Counted from the stretch's first letter, positions 9,152 through 18,405 are shown. The stretch is DNA of 34,396 nt from Actinomycetes bacterium (GCA_030425055.1 JAUHVN010000001.1:1-34396); one strand, 5' to 3'. The notes: generated by a model from the letters alone, not told the origin. Made by a program: numbers and translations.

Positions 9152-9313
9152 GAGCACAGCATAGGCGTGCGTGGGACGGTCTCGGATGCACCCCGTCCGC
9201 CGACCGTGACCGGCCACTGCGGCAGCCCTCGACGGTGCGCCGCGACTATCGCACGCCGATGTGCGCGCGTAGCATCGGCGGCGGGGGGTCTACGAGCAAA
9301 GGTTGTGATCTCC

Positions 9314-11023
9314 ATGCCGAGCCCGCTCACCCCCGGTGTCTTCCGCGCCGACGACGGCGGTGCACTGTACGTCGCCGTCGATGGCTCCGCTGTATTCGCC
9401 TTCGCCGAACACCCGGGCCGCGACTACGCCTTCGTTCTGCACGGCACCCTCAGCAGCGACCGCATCGACGGCCGGTGGTGGGACATCCCGAAGCATCGTC
9501 GAGCCACCCGCGGCCGCGTAGAGCTGCAGGTGTCGCAGGGTGGCGACCGGCTGGTGCGGAAGAGTTCGGACGCCGACATCGGCGTGCACACGTTCACCCG
9601 ACTCGACGGAACGATCCCATGGCCGCAGATCAACCGACCCGCCGGCTTCCAGTCGACCCGCAACGCGGATCTCGACGGGAAGTTCGGTGCGCCGACCGGT
9701 CAGCGGATCTACCTGCGCGAGATCGGCTCCGACGTCATCGGCGTCAGCGAGGTGCCCCGCGACGACTCCGAGCGCCCCGACCGGGTGAGCGTGCTCATCG
9801 GTTCGCGTCAGTCCAACGGCGGCGTGAAGGGGCGCTTCGCCGATGTGCCGAAGGGCCGCCGGACGGCGGAGGGGACGATGGCGATCGCGCAGGTCAGTGG
9901 CAGCCGTCGGATCTCGCTCCACCTCACGGGCGCCGATCTCCCCGGCACCATCTTCGAGCCGCTCTACAACGTCGATTTCCGTGCGGTGGAATCATCGATG
10001 CATGCGGCGCTGGCGAACCGCGTCATCGGGTACGGCTTCGCTTTCTCGCACGGGGAACGGGTCGTCGCCGAGGGTGTCGGCGGATGGCGGCGCCTCGGCC
10101 AGGACGACCGGTCGGGCAACAACGCGCGGCTGCCGTTCACCTCCGACACCCAGGTCGAGACGGCGTCGTCGGCCAAGCTCGTCACCGCGGCGATTCTCAT
10201 CCGGGCGCTCGTCGAGAAGGGGATCGGCCTCGACGCCCGGGCCGTCGGCGCACTCCCGCGCTGCTGGAGCAAGGGTACCGGCATCACCGGTACGAGGTGG
10301 GGACTCACCTGGCGGAACCTGCTCGGTCACACGAGTCGGCTGATCCGCCCGGCAGCGTGCAACGACAACCCGTACGAGTGCCTCCGCCAGTCGGTGGCGA
10401 CCGGTCGAACCGGACCTCCGGGGCGCGACTACCAGAACATCAACTACACGATCCTGCGGTACATGATCCCTGCCGTGCGCGACAAGGAGCGCGTGGAGGA
10501 GATCTTCGACCGGCACGGCTGTTCGTCGAGCAATGGGTCCAAGATCAACGCAGAGGTCTCAGAGCTCTTCCGCCGATATGTCAGCGATGAGGTGCTTGCT
10601 CCGCTGGGCATCGTCGGCACGTTCGAGCCCGTCGACGAGTTCGCGATCCGCTACGACTTCTCTCGACCTGGCGCGCAGGGGATCAGGCCCGCGTATGACG
10701 ACATCCTGCGCGCGGGGTCGGGCGGCATGAAGTTCTCGGCGCGCGAGTTCGTGAAGTTCATGGCCGCGCTCGAGACGGGGAAGATCGTTCCTGTGGACTA
10801 CGTGCGTGTCATGCGTCACGACCTGCTCGGCTACGACGCCACGATCGACGGTGCCGCGGGCGACTATCCGTGGAAGAACGGCGGCGCCGGAGGCGTGTCA
10901 TCGTGGGCGATGAGTTTTCCGAGCGGCGTCAACGGCTACGTCGTGGTCAATTCCGACAACAACAACCTCTCGAAGAGCCTCGGCAGCATCCTCAGCGATG
11001 CGTTCGACGACGCGATCGTCTAG
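9314..11023 (+). CDS. Beta-lactamase-fold serine hydrolase with two tandem N-terminal beta-rich repeats, 569 aa
   Basis: SxxK (ASSAK), LLGHTS, YxN (YQN), KNG-type motif (WKNGG); N-terminal repeats with GRWWDIPK and GRFADVPK. Start taken at ATG 9314. Confidence 0.82.
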   Translation: MPSPLTPGVFRADDGGALYVAVDGSAVFAFAEHPGRDYAFVLHGTLSSDRIDGRWWDIPKHRRATRGRVELQVSQGGDRLVRKSSDADIGVHTFTRLDGTIPWPQINRPAGFQSTRNADLDGKFGAPTGQRIYLREIGSDVIGVSEVPRDDSERPDRVSVLIGSRQSNGGVKGRFADVPKGRRTAEGTMAIAQVSGSRRISLHLTGADLPGTIFEPLYNVDFRAVESSMHAALANRVIGYGFAFSHGERVVAEGVGGWRRLGQDDRSGNNARLPFTSDTQVETASSAKLVTAAILIRALVEKGIGLDARAVGALPRCWSKGTGITGTRWGLTWRNLLGHTSRLIRPAACNDNPYECLRQSVATGRTGPPGRDYQNINYTILRYMIPAVRDKERVEEIFDRHGCSSSNGSKINAEVSELFRRYVSDEVLAPLGIVGTFEPVDEFAIRYDFSRPGAQGIRPAYDDILRAGSGGMKFSAREFVKFMAALETGKIVPVDYVRVMRHDLLGYDATIDGAAGDYPWKNGGAGGVSSWAMSFPSGVNGYVVVNSDNNNLSKSLGSILSDAFDDAIV

Positions 11024-11050
11024 GCCGGTCTGCGCCCGTGCGGCCCGGGG

Positions 11051-11494
11051 CTACACCGCCTTCTTCACAAGCGCTCGCACGCGCTTCTCGACGTCGGCGT
11101 TCACCTCGACGACCGCGAACGACGTCGCCCACATGTCGCCGTCGTCGAGCTTGGCGGTCTCATCGAAGTTGACCGTCGGATACCGGGTGTCGAACTTCGA
11201 CTTCGGCTGCACGAAGATGACGACCTTGCCGTCGGCCGCGTAGGCGGGGAAGCCGTAGAACGTCTTCGGGTTGAGGTGCGGTGCCTCCTCGGACACGATC
11301 CGATGCACCATGCGGGCGACTTCGCCGTCGATGCCCTCCAGCGCATCGATCGCCTCGACGCACGCTTCGAGCTCCTTGGCGAGCTTGGCCGCACCCTTGA
11401 GCCCCTTCGTCGAACGCAGCTCGTCGGCGCGCTGCTTCATCGCCGCCTTCTCCTCGTCGGAGATCCCGGCCCCCTCGCTCGTCTTCCCGGCCAT
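11051..11494 (-). CDS. DUF1801 (YdhG-like) domain protein, 147 aa
   Basis: EEKAAMKQRADEL...APHLNPKTFYGFPAYA.DGKVVIFVQ..SKF.TRY...A.LDDGDMWATSFA; RBS AAGGGA; -10 TAGCGT at 11528-11523. Confidence 0.85.
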   Translation of the reverse strand: MAGKTSEGAGISDEEKAAMKQRADELRSTKGLKGAAKLAKELEACVEAIDALEGIDGEVARMVHRIVSEEAPHLNPKTFYGFPAYAADGKVVIFVQPKSKFDTRYPTVNFDETAKLDDGDMWATSFAVVEVNADVEKRVRALVKKAV

Positions 11495-11652
11495 CGTGGA
11501 ATCCCTTCTCTCGCTGCTCCTCACGCTACGCGCGTCGACGGCTCGAGGCTTCTCCGATCCTGCTCGGCTCGGGCTCGACCCGCACCGAGCCGTGGGGTTT
11601 GTCAACCCTGGTCGCGTTGCCACGCGCCCTGCGAGAATCGGCCCACCCGATC

Positions 11653-13029
11653 ATGATCCCCTCGCACCTCCTCTCGATCCTCATCGCGGCCGCCGTCCTC
11701 GTCGCGGCCGCGATCATCCTGCTCGCCGTGCGCCCGCGGGCGATTCGCGACATCACCATCGAAGCGCGCGCCGCAGCGATCACCGGCAGCATGCCGATCT
11801 CGCCCGACGACGAGCCCGACGCGCAGGCGATCCTCGATGCCACCCAGGCGGTCGGCCAGGCCATGACCCAGGCCGGATACTCCGTCGAGACCGTCCAGGG
11901 CGCGCTTCGCGACATCGCGCACGCGAACGGTCTGCTCGAGAGTGAGGCGCTGGTCTTCCCCAACGCCGTGCTCATGTCGGCCCGCGGCGCCGGCCAGCAC
12001 CAGACCGGGGCGGTGTCGAGCGACGACGGACGACTCCTGCTGTCGCAGATCGACGAACTGCAGCGCACCGTCGACGCCGCGCGCACCGGCGTGCTCAGCC
12101 CTCGATCGGTGGTGGAGAAGATCTCCCGGATCCGCGAGACCCCACCGGAGTACGGGCGAGTCATCCGGGTCGTGGCCTACGGATTCCTGAGCGGCGCGCT
12201 GTCGGTGCTGCTCGGCGCGTCCTGGAACGGCGTCATCGTCGCGGCCGCCCTCGGCCTGGTGGCCGGTACCGCTCTCATGATCAGTGAGCGGATGCCGCGC
12301 CGGTACGGCGCGCTCAACACGGTCGCACTCGCCTTCCTCGTCTCGCTCGCCGTCTTCCTGCTGCTGCGCGCGGGGCTCGGCTACGGCATCCTGCCCGCCC
12401 TGGTGGCGCCGCTCGTGCTGCTGCTGCCGGGTACGCTGCTCAGCACGGCGATGCTCGAACTCACCACCGGGCATCTCATTTCGGGCGCCGGGCGGCTCGC
12501 CGGCGGAGCCACCCGTCTGCTGCTGCTCGGCGCGGGCATCCTGAGCGCGGCTGCCGTGGTGGGCGTGCCGCACGTCGACTTCGACGTCGACGCCAATCTG
12601 CTCGGCCCGATCTCGCCGTGGATCGCCGTGGCCGTGCTCGGCGTCGGAATCTCGGTGCATGCCAGCGCCCCACGACGCGCGCTGCCGTGGATGCTGCTCG
12701 TGCTCTATGTCGCCTACGCCGCACAGGTGCTCGCCGATCAGCTCGTCGGCGGCGTCATCTCGGCGTTCGTCGGCGCCCTGGTGCTCACCCCCGTCACCTC
12801 GCTCGTCGCCCGGCAGCCGACGGGTCCGGCCGCACTCGTGACGTTCACCGCGGGGTACTGGCTGCTCGTCCCCGGCGCTCTCGGACTCATCGGCGTCACG
12901 GATCTGCTCGACCAGGACGGCGCAGCATCCGCCTCGCTGCTCGCGACGCTGTCGACAATGGTGGCCATCGCGCTCGGAGTGCTCGCGGGTTCCGCCATCT
13001 CGAACCGGCTGGGGCGTCCCGCGCTGTAG
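11653..13029 (+). CDS. Threonine/serine exporter (ThrE family) membrane protein
   Basis: Soluble N-domain (GYSVETVQ..L..IA, VFPNAV), about 10 hydrophobic segments, LLPG...AMLEL..G.LISGAGRL and WLLVPG motifs. Start uncertain; ATG 11653 chosen. Confidence 0.82.
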   Translation: MIPSHLLSILIAAAVLVAAAIILLAVRPRAIRDITIEARAAAITGSMPISPDDEPDAQAILDATQAVGQAMTQAGYSVETVQGALRDIAHANGLLESEALVFPNAVLMSARGAGQHQTGAVSSDDGRLLLSQIDELQRTVDAARTGVLSPRSVVEKISRIRETPPEYGRVIRVVAYGFLSGALSVLLGASWNGVIVAAALGLVAGTALMISERMPRRYGALNTVALAFLVSLAVFLLLRAGLGYGILPALVAPLVLLLPGTLLSTAMLELTTGHLISGAGRLAGGATRLLLLGAGILSAAAVVGVPHVDFDVDANLLGPISPWIAVAVLGVGISVHASAPRRALPWMLLVLYVAYAAQVLADQLVGGVISAFVGALVLTPVTSLVARQPTGPAALVTFTAGYWLLVPGALGLIGVTDLLDQDGAASASLLATLSTMVAIALGVLAGSAISNRLGRPAL

Positions 13030-13118
13030 CGGGGCTCGCGCGATCGCGCGTGTCGATGGGTTTCGGTACGCTCGCGCACGATGGCGCGATCCGCCTCGTC
13101 GCGCCCGAAGGGAGACCG

Positions 13119-13790
13119 ATGGACGCGTCGACGAACGGATCGGACTGGATCTCGGCGGCCGAGTTCCATCGAGCGCCCGGCGTCGCCGACTGGCGCGTGA
13201 TCGGCACCGGGCCGCAGGCCGTCTTCGTCGCAGACTCGCTTGCGGACGCGGCAGAGCTCGTGGCGCCGATCGTTTCCGCGGCCGTTCGCTCCGGCATCCT
13301 GCCCGACATCGATGTGCGTGCCGAGGGTGTGGTCGTCCGCATTCCGCAGCGCACCTTCGATGGCATCCCCGGGGCAGCTCCTCGGTTCGCCGCCGCGGTA
13401 TCCGAAGCGGCCGCCCAGCTCGGCCTCACGCCCGATCCTGCACGAGCGCAGTCGGTCGGAATCTACGTCGCCCAGCACTCCGAGGCCGACGTGAGGCCCT
13501 TCTTCCTCGCGGCGCTCGGCTACGACCCGCTGGGCGAGACGGACGCCGTCGACCCGCTGCGCTGCGGTCCCGCGCTCGCCTTCAACCCGATCACCGGCGA
13601 CGCCGCCGGGCGGGGTCGGACGCACTTCGACGTCTATGTGCCGGCCGACGAGGCACAGGCGCGGGTGGATGCCGCGCTCGCGGCGGGAGGTCGCCTCGTC
13701 AGCGACGCCTATGCGCCGGCGTTCTGGTCGCTCGCGTCGCCCGACAACCACGGTGTCGACATCGCGTCCTGGACGGACACCGCCGAGTGA
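13119..13790 (+). CDS. Pterin-4a-carbinolamine dehydratase-like / VOC (glyoxalase-like) two-domain protein
   Basis: GVADWRV..., PDIDVR, VRPFF.AALGY, DPL..GP, RTHFDVYVP.DEAQARVDAALAAGGRLV.D..AP.FW.LA; RBS AAGGGAG. Confidence 0.75.
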   Translation: MDASTNGSDWISAAEFHRAPGVADWRVIGTGPQAVFVADSLADAAELVAPIVSAAVRSGILPDIDVRAEGVVVRIPQRTFDGIPGAAPRFAAAVSEAAAQLGLTPDPARAQSVGIYVAQHSEADVRPFFLAALGYDPLGETDAVDPLRCGPALAFNPITGDAAGRGRTHFDVYVPADEAQARVDAALAAGGRLVSDAYAPAFWSLASPDNHGVDIASWTDTAE

Positions 13791-13852
13791 GGGGACCTTG
13801 TCGGTGCCCGGACCGCTGGGCAGACTGACGACACCGAGACGAGGAGGCGCAG

Positions 13853-14455
13853 ATGGCCGAGGCGACCCCGACGAACCCGCATGTGATCAAGCCGCTCACG
13901 CCCGAGACCTTCCCGGCGTGGCTCGCCCTCGCGCAGAAGCACAACGGAGTGTGGGGCGGGTGCTACTGCTCCTACTTCCACGGCGACACCGAGCACACGG
14001 TGAAGGACGACTACGACCGCGCGACCTTCAAGGAACGTCTCGTCGAAGAGGGTGTCGCTCATGCCGCGCTCGTCTTCGACGGCGACCAGGCCATCGCCTG
14101 GTGCGAATTCGGCAGCCCTGCCGAGCTGCCGAACATCTACCACCGCAAGCAGTACGACGCCGGCGAGCCCGACCCGCCCCCCTGGCGCATCACCTGCTTC
14201 TTCGTCGATCGCGATCACCGCCGGTCCGGGGTGGCGCGCGAGGCGCTCGACGGTGCCCTCGCACTGATCGCGCAGGCGGGCGGCGGCGAAGTCGTCTCCT
14301 TCCCCAACGAGGTGCAGACGGACAAACGCACCTCGTCGTCGTTCCTCCACAACGGAACCCGCGCGATGTTCGAGAAGGCCGGCTTCACGTTCGAGCGACA
14401 CATCGGAAAGAACAAGACGGTCATGCGGAAGACGATCGCTGCGGCCACTCGATGA
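13853..14455 (+). CDS. GNAT family N-acetyltransferase, 200 aa
   Basis: GCYC N-terminal motif, WRITCFFVDRDHRRSGVA acetyl-CoA motif A, GTRAMFEKAGF; RBS GAGGAGG. Confidence 0.88.
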   Translation: MAEATPTNPHVIKPLTPETFPAWLALAQKHNGVWGGCYCSYFHGDTEHTVKDDYDRATFKERLVEEGVAHAALVFDGDQAIAWCEFGSPAELPNIYHRKQYDAGEPDPPPWRITCFFVDRDHRRSGVAREALDGALALIAQAGGGEVVSFPNEVQTDKRTSSSFLHNGTRAMFEKAGFTFERHIGKNKTVMRKTIAAATR

Positions 14456-15219
14456 CTGCAGAGGCGCTGGTTGAAGTTGCACCCGGAGTCTTCGTCGCGA
14501 CGAGCCGCGTGATGTCGACCACCTCGACGGTGGTTGTGGATGCCGGGCAGGCGCTGCTCATCGATCCTGCCTGGATGCCCGACGAACTGGAGGCCCTCGC
14601 GTCCGAGCTGCGCGGGCGCGAGCTCGAGGTCATCGGCGGGTTCGCGACCCACGCGCACCACGACCACCTCCTGTGGCATCCGGATTTCGGCGATGCGCCC
14701 CGGTGGGCGTCCGACCGAACCGCGGCGCTCGCGGTCGACGAACGCAACGCTCTCGTCGCAGCGCTCGGACCGCAGTTCCCTCAGCCCCTGGTCGATCTGA
14801 TGGGACGGGTGACCGATGGCGGCGACGCCATTCCCGATGAGTCCCTGCCAGCCGGGGTCGAGGCGGAGCTGATCGTCCATGACGGCCACGCGCCCGGACA
14901 CACCGCGATCTGGCTGCCCGCGCTGCGCGTGCTCATCGCCGGCGACATGCTGAGCGACATCGAGCTGCCGCTGCCCTACTACCCGGACGATCTGCCCGCC
15001 TACCTCAGCGCGCTCGATGCGCTCGCGCCGTTCGCCGCGCAGGCATCCCTCGTCATTCCCGGGCACGGCGCGGTCGGATCCGACGCGCTCGCGAGACTCG
15101 ACGCCGACCGCCGCTACCTCGACGACATGATCCGCACCGGATCGTCGGGCGACCCGCGCATCGGCAACCCCGCCATGGCGGAGGAGCACGCCCACCTGCA
15201 GAGGATGGTCTCCGGCTGA
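14452..15219 (+). CDS. MBL-fold metallo-hydrolase, 255 aa
   Basis: LLIDP, THAHHDH (HxHxDH), GHAPGH, AGDML, IPGHG; ATGA overlap with the GNAT stop. Confidence 0.9.
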   Translation: MTAEALVEVAPGVFVATSRVMSTTSTVVVDAGQALLIDPAWMPDELEALASELRGRELEVIGGFATHAHHDHLLWHPDFGDAPRWASDRTAALAVDERNALVAALGPQFPQPLVDLMGRVTDGGDAIPDESLPAGVEAELIVHDGHAPGHTAIWLPALRVLIAGDMLSDIELPLPYYPDDLPAYLSALDALAPFAAQASLVIPGHGAVGSDALARLDADRRYLDDMIRTGSSGDPRIGNPAMAEEHAHLQRMVSG

Positions 15220-15235
15220 CGCCGCATACTGACCC

Positions 15236-16975
15236 CTAGCCGCGGTGCTGGTGCCCGTGATGGTCGTGGTGCGCGTGCCCGTCGTGGTGCCCGTGATCAT
15301 GTGCCGCGCGTCCGCCACCGACCTCGAGTCGGCAGAAGCACGACGCCTCGATCTCGACGTCGGCCAGTGCCCGGGCGAGCGCCAGCTGCCGCTCGATGAT
15401 GCGCGACTCGTCGTGGCGGCCGAGCGCGCACAGGCTCTCGTGGTAGCCGTGCAGTGCCCAGACGTTCGACGGATGCTGCAGTGCGCGCGGCAACTCGTCC
15501 GAGATGCCGAGGTCGGCCTCGTACACGCGCACGGCCTCGGCGACGCGGCCCTGCTCGAGCAGCAACGCGCCGTAGGCGTGGCGCGTGGGCTGCATCCAGC
15601 CCCACGGTTCGTCGTAGGGCAGGCTGTCGTCGAGGTCGATCGCGCGCCGCAGGTGGGCGAAGGCGTCATCGATCTCGCCCTTGCGGTAGGCGATCTCGCC
15701 GGCCTGCATCGCGTCGGCGATCTCGAGCAGGTCGCGGCAGGTGTTGTTGAACAGCATCCGCGACTCGGGCACCGCGGCTTTCGCCGCCAGGAACAGCGCG
15801 CGCTCGCGGTCGGCCTCGTCGATGCGCCCCAGGGCCGCCGCGGCCACGCCCTTCGCGTAGTGGATCATCGCCGTGGTCGTCGCGTAGAGCGCGGCATCCG
15901 ACGGGATCTCGAGCGCGAGGATGTCGTGCCACCGGCCGAAGCGAATGAGCACGTGCACGCGCATCGCGAGGAACCCCTCGAGCCAGTCGGCCATCGGCGG
16001 TGACTCGACGCGGAGGAGATCGTCGGGAATCGCACACTCCAGCGCGTCGGCGGCGTCGAGGGCGACCTGGGACTGACCGAGGAACATCGCGCCGTAGATG
16101 CGGAAGTGATGATCGTGCGCCCGGTACAGCGTGTAGAAGTTCATCGCACCGCGGCGGGCGACGAACCTGTCGTCGGCGCGGATCGCCTCGGTGTTCCATT
16201 CGACGACGCGACGGTAGTCGCCGCACAGCACGTCGAGATGAGTGGGCATGTGCTGCAGGTGGCCGGCGTCGGGCACGAGTCCGCGAAGTCGGTCGGCGAT
16301 GACCAGCGCCTCCTCCGGCGCCGATGACATCTCCATGAGGTGGATGTAGAGATGCAGGATGCCGGGATGCTCGGTACCGCCGGGCAGCGCGAGCGCCCGG
16401 TCGAGCACCTTCCGGGCCTCGAGCGCCCGCGATCCGGGAGCGGGCTCGCCGGTGCGCAGGTCCCACAGCTCCCACGGCGTGAGATTTATGAGCGCATCGG
16501 CATACAGCGTGGCGATGTCGAGATCATCTGGATGCTGTGCGTAGACCGCGGCCATCGCGTCGGCGTACGGCGGGTTCCAGAGCGCGCAATCCTCGGCCGG
16601 TACATCCTGCGGATACCGGTGCCGGAGGGCCCTCACCAGCGCCGCCTCGGCAGGATCGGTGTCGCCGTCGATGAGGCCGAGCGCGGTGTCGACGGCTTCG
16701 TGGGTGCGCTGCACGACGTCGCCGAGTTCGTCGGGGTCGAACGCCTCCCACGGCTTGTTGTAGTTCGGGCCGAGCGCGTACGCGAGACCCCAGTACGCCA
16801 TGACGCAGCCGGGGTCCGCGTCGAGCGCCGCGCGGAAGCACGCCGCGGCCTCCTCGTGGTTGAACGCGTAGGTCCAGTTGAGCCCGCGATCGAACCAGGT
16901 CTGGGCGGCGTCGGACGACGTGCGCACCGGACGGCGATGCGCACCCAGGTCGAAGTACTCCTGCGAGGAGTCCAT
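15236..16975 (-). CDS. Tetratricopeptide-repeat protein with His motifs and a His-rich tail, 579 aa
   Basis: AQTWFDRGL...YAFNHEEA...MAYWG.AYALGPNYN, HPGILHLYIHLME, GHLQHMPTH, LPYDEPWGW, HPSNVWALHG, SCFCR, tail HDHGHHDGHAHHDHHGHQH. Start taken at ATG 16975. Confidence 0.85.
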   Translation of the reverse strand: MDSSQEYFDLGAHRRPVRTSSDAAQTWFDRGLNWTYAFNHEEAAACFRAALDADPGCVMAYWGLAYALGPNYNKPWEAFDPDELGDVVQRTHEAVDTALGLIDGDTDPAEAALVRALRHRYPQDVPAEDCALWNPPYADAMAAVYAQHPDDLDIATLYADALINLTPWELWDLRTGEPAPGSRALEARKVLDRALALPGGTEHPGILHLYIHLMEMSSAPEEALVIADRLRGLVPDAGHLQHMPTHLDVLCGDYRRVVEWNTEAIRADDRFVARRGAMNFYTLYRAHDHHFRIYGAMFLGQSQVALDAADALECAIPDDLLRVESPPMADWLEGFLAMRVHVLIRFGRWHDILALEIPSDAALYATTTAMIHYAKGVAAAALGRIDEADRERALFLAAKAAVPESRMLFNNTCRDLLEIADAMQAGEIAYRKGEIDDAFAHLRRAIDLDDSLPYDEPWGWMQPTRHAYGALLLEQGRVAEAVRVYEADLGISDELPRALQHPSNVWALHGYHESLCALGRHDESRIIERQLALARALADVEIEASCFCRLEVGGGRAAHDHGHHDGHAHHDHHGHQHRG

Positions 16976-16987
16976 GCGCACGATCCT

Positions 16988-17031
16988 GGCATCCTGGGGC
17001 GCGACGCGCCACGACGGGCGCCGAGGATGCC
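16988..17031. terminator. Hairpin downstream of the dienelactone hydrolase gene, formed by an inverted pair of GGCATCC motifs
   Basis: GGCATCCT (16988-16995) pairs with AGGATGCC (17024-17031), with further inner GGCGC/GCGCC pairing; no U-tract. Confidence 0.4.
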
Positions 17032-17054
17032 GCTGCGGCGCGCGGAGCGACGCC

Positions 17055-17636
17055 TCAGCCGACGCGGGCCAGGAACTCCAGAACGCGCGTGACGAGCAGC
17101 TCGGTCGCCTCGGCGTCGTAGCCGGGCAGCGAGCTGTCTTCGAACAGATGCTGATCGCCGGGGTAGGTGAACAGCTCGCCGTCGGCGGCCGATGCGACGA
17201 TGTCACGGGCCGCGTCGATGTCGCCCTCGCCCGCGAAGAACTCATCCGCGTCCATGCCGTGGATCTGCACGGGGACACCGTCGGGCCACGGGCCGAACGC
17301 CCATTCGCCCGAGATCGGGATCGCCGACTCCAACAGCACGGCGCCCGCCGCCCCGGGGCGCTGCTGGGCGAGTCGCTGGGCGCGCATCACCCCCGACGAC
17401 ACACCGAGGTAGACGAGGCGATCGGGCAGGCCGGCCGCCGCGGCGTCGGCCCGCGCGTCGACATCGACGTCGCCGCTGTTCACGAACGCGAAGGCGTCCT
17501 CCATCGAGTCGAAGACGCGCCCGTCGTAGAGATCGGGCGTGTGCACGACGTGTCCGGCAGAGCGCAACCGGTCCGCCAGATCGCGCATCCCCGGAGTCAG
17601 CCCGAGGATGTGGTGGAACATGAGTACGTCAGCCAT
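17055..17636 (-). CDS. Dienelactone hydrolase family protein, 193 aa
   Basis: VLMFHH..GLTPG, GH.VHTPDLYDG, GVSSG nucleophile elbow, VPVQIHG..AD, LFTYPGDQHLF; RBS GAGGAGG. Confidence 0.88.
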   Translation of the reverse strand: MADVLMFHHILGLTPGMRDLADRLRSAGHVVHTPDLYDGRVFDSMEDAFAFVNSGDVDVDARADAAAAGLPDRLVYLGVSSGVMRAQRLAQQRPGAAGAVLLESAIPISGEWAFGPWPDGVPVQIHGMDADEFFAGEGDIDAARDIVASAADGELFTYPGDQHLFEDSSLPGYDAEATELLVTRVLEFLARVG

Positions 17637-17679
17637 GGAGACCTCCTCTTGCGTCCTTCATAGTCGACACTCCCGACGC

Positions 17680-18078
17680 TCATCGCGCGGGCGGATTGTG
17701 CACGAACTCGACGCGGATGCCGGAGTCGTCCTCGACGGACGACGCGTAGTAGCGGTCGTTGAATCGCGGGTACGTCTTGGGGTCGCGTACCGCCGTCCAG
17801 CCCGCATCCGTCGCCAGCGTGTGGAACCGATCGACGTCGGCGCGCGACCCGACGGCGAAGGCGAGATGTTGCCAGCCTGAGCGACCGTGCTCGTGGCGAC
17901 CCGCGGCGCCATCCCGGGCGGGGTAGAGGATGAGCTCGACGTCGCCGTCGCGATACCAGGACACGGAGCCCTCGGCATCTGTGCGGTCGAAACCGAGCGC
18001 GGACATGATGGGGTCGAACTGCGCGATTCCGCGATCGAGCTCGCCGACAGTGATACCGAGATGGTCGAAGACAGGCAT
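17680..18078 (-). CDS. VOC / glyoxalase family protein, 132 aa
   Basis: FDHLGITV, GWQHLAFAV.SRADVD, YYA...ED..GIRVEFV; -10 CAGACT 6 nt before ATG 18078. Confidence 0.88.
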   Translation of the reverse strand: MPVFDHLGITVGELDRGIAQFDPIMSALGFDRTDAEGSVSWYRDGDVELILYPARDGAAGRHEHGRSGWQHLAFAVGSRADVDRFHTLATDAGWTAVRDPKTYPRFNDRYYASSVEDDSGIRVEFVHNPPAR

Positions 18079-18164
18079 CCACACAGTCTGACGGATGCCT
18101 GCGACAAGCTGAGGATCAGCCGGAAACGATGTCTGACCGGCTGATCGTCGCGCACACTGGATGC

Positions 18165-18398
18165 ATGTGGTTGAGCTTCCTCAAGGCGGTCAAGAACCGT
18201 GAGCACCGCGTGGCACCGACGACGTGGGTCGCCGCGATCGCTGCCGTCGTCTACACGGTAGCGCCGATCGACCTCATCCCCGAGCTCGTCCTCGGCCCGC
18301 TCGGCTTCGTCGACGACCTGGGTGTCTGGACGATCTTCGCCGTGCTGTTCACCCGCGAGATGAGCCGCTGGGCGCGCACCCGCCCGGCCACCGCCTGA
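18165..18398 (+). CDS. YkvA / DUF1232 family small membrane protein, 77 aa
   Basis: Y.VAPIDLIPE..LGPLGFVDD signature; -10 CACACT 6 nt before ATG 18165. Confidence 0.85.
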   Translation: MWLSFLKAVKNREHRVAPTTWVAAIAAVVYTVAPIDLIPELVLGPLGFVDDLGVWTIFAVLFTREMSRWARTRPATA

Positions 18399-18405
18399 GA
18401 CACGA

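Noticed and set aside
13037-13050. Perfect palindrome CGCGCGATCGCGCG after the ThrE stop
   Set aside because: Low-complexity CG alternation that arises easily by chance in this composition; no loop or U-tract.
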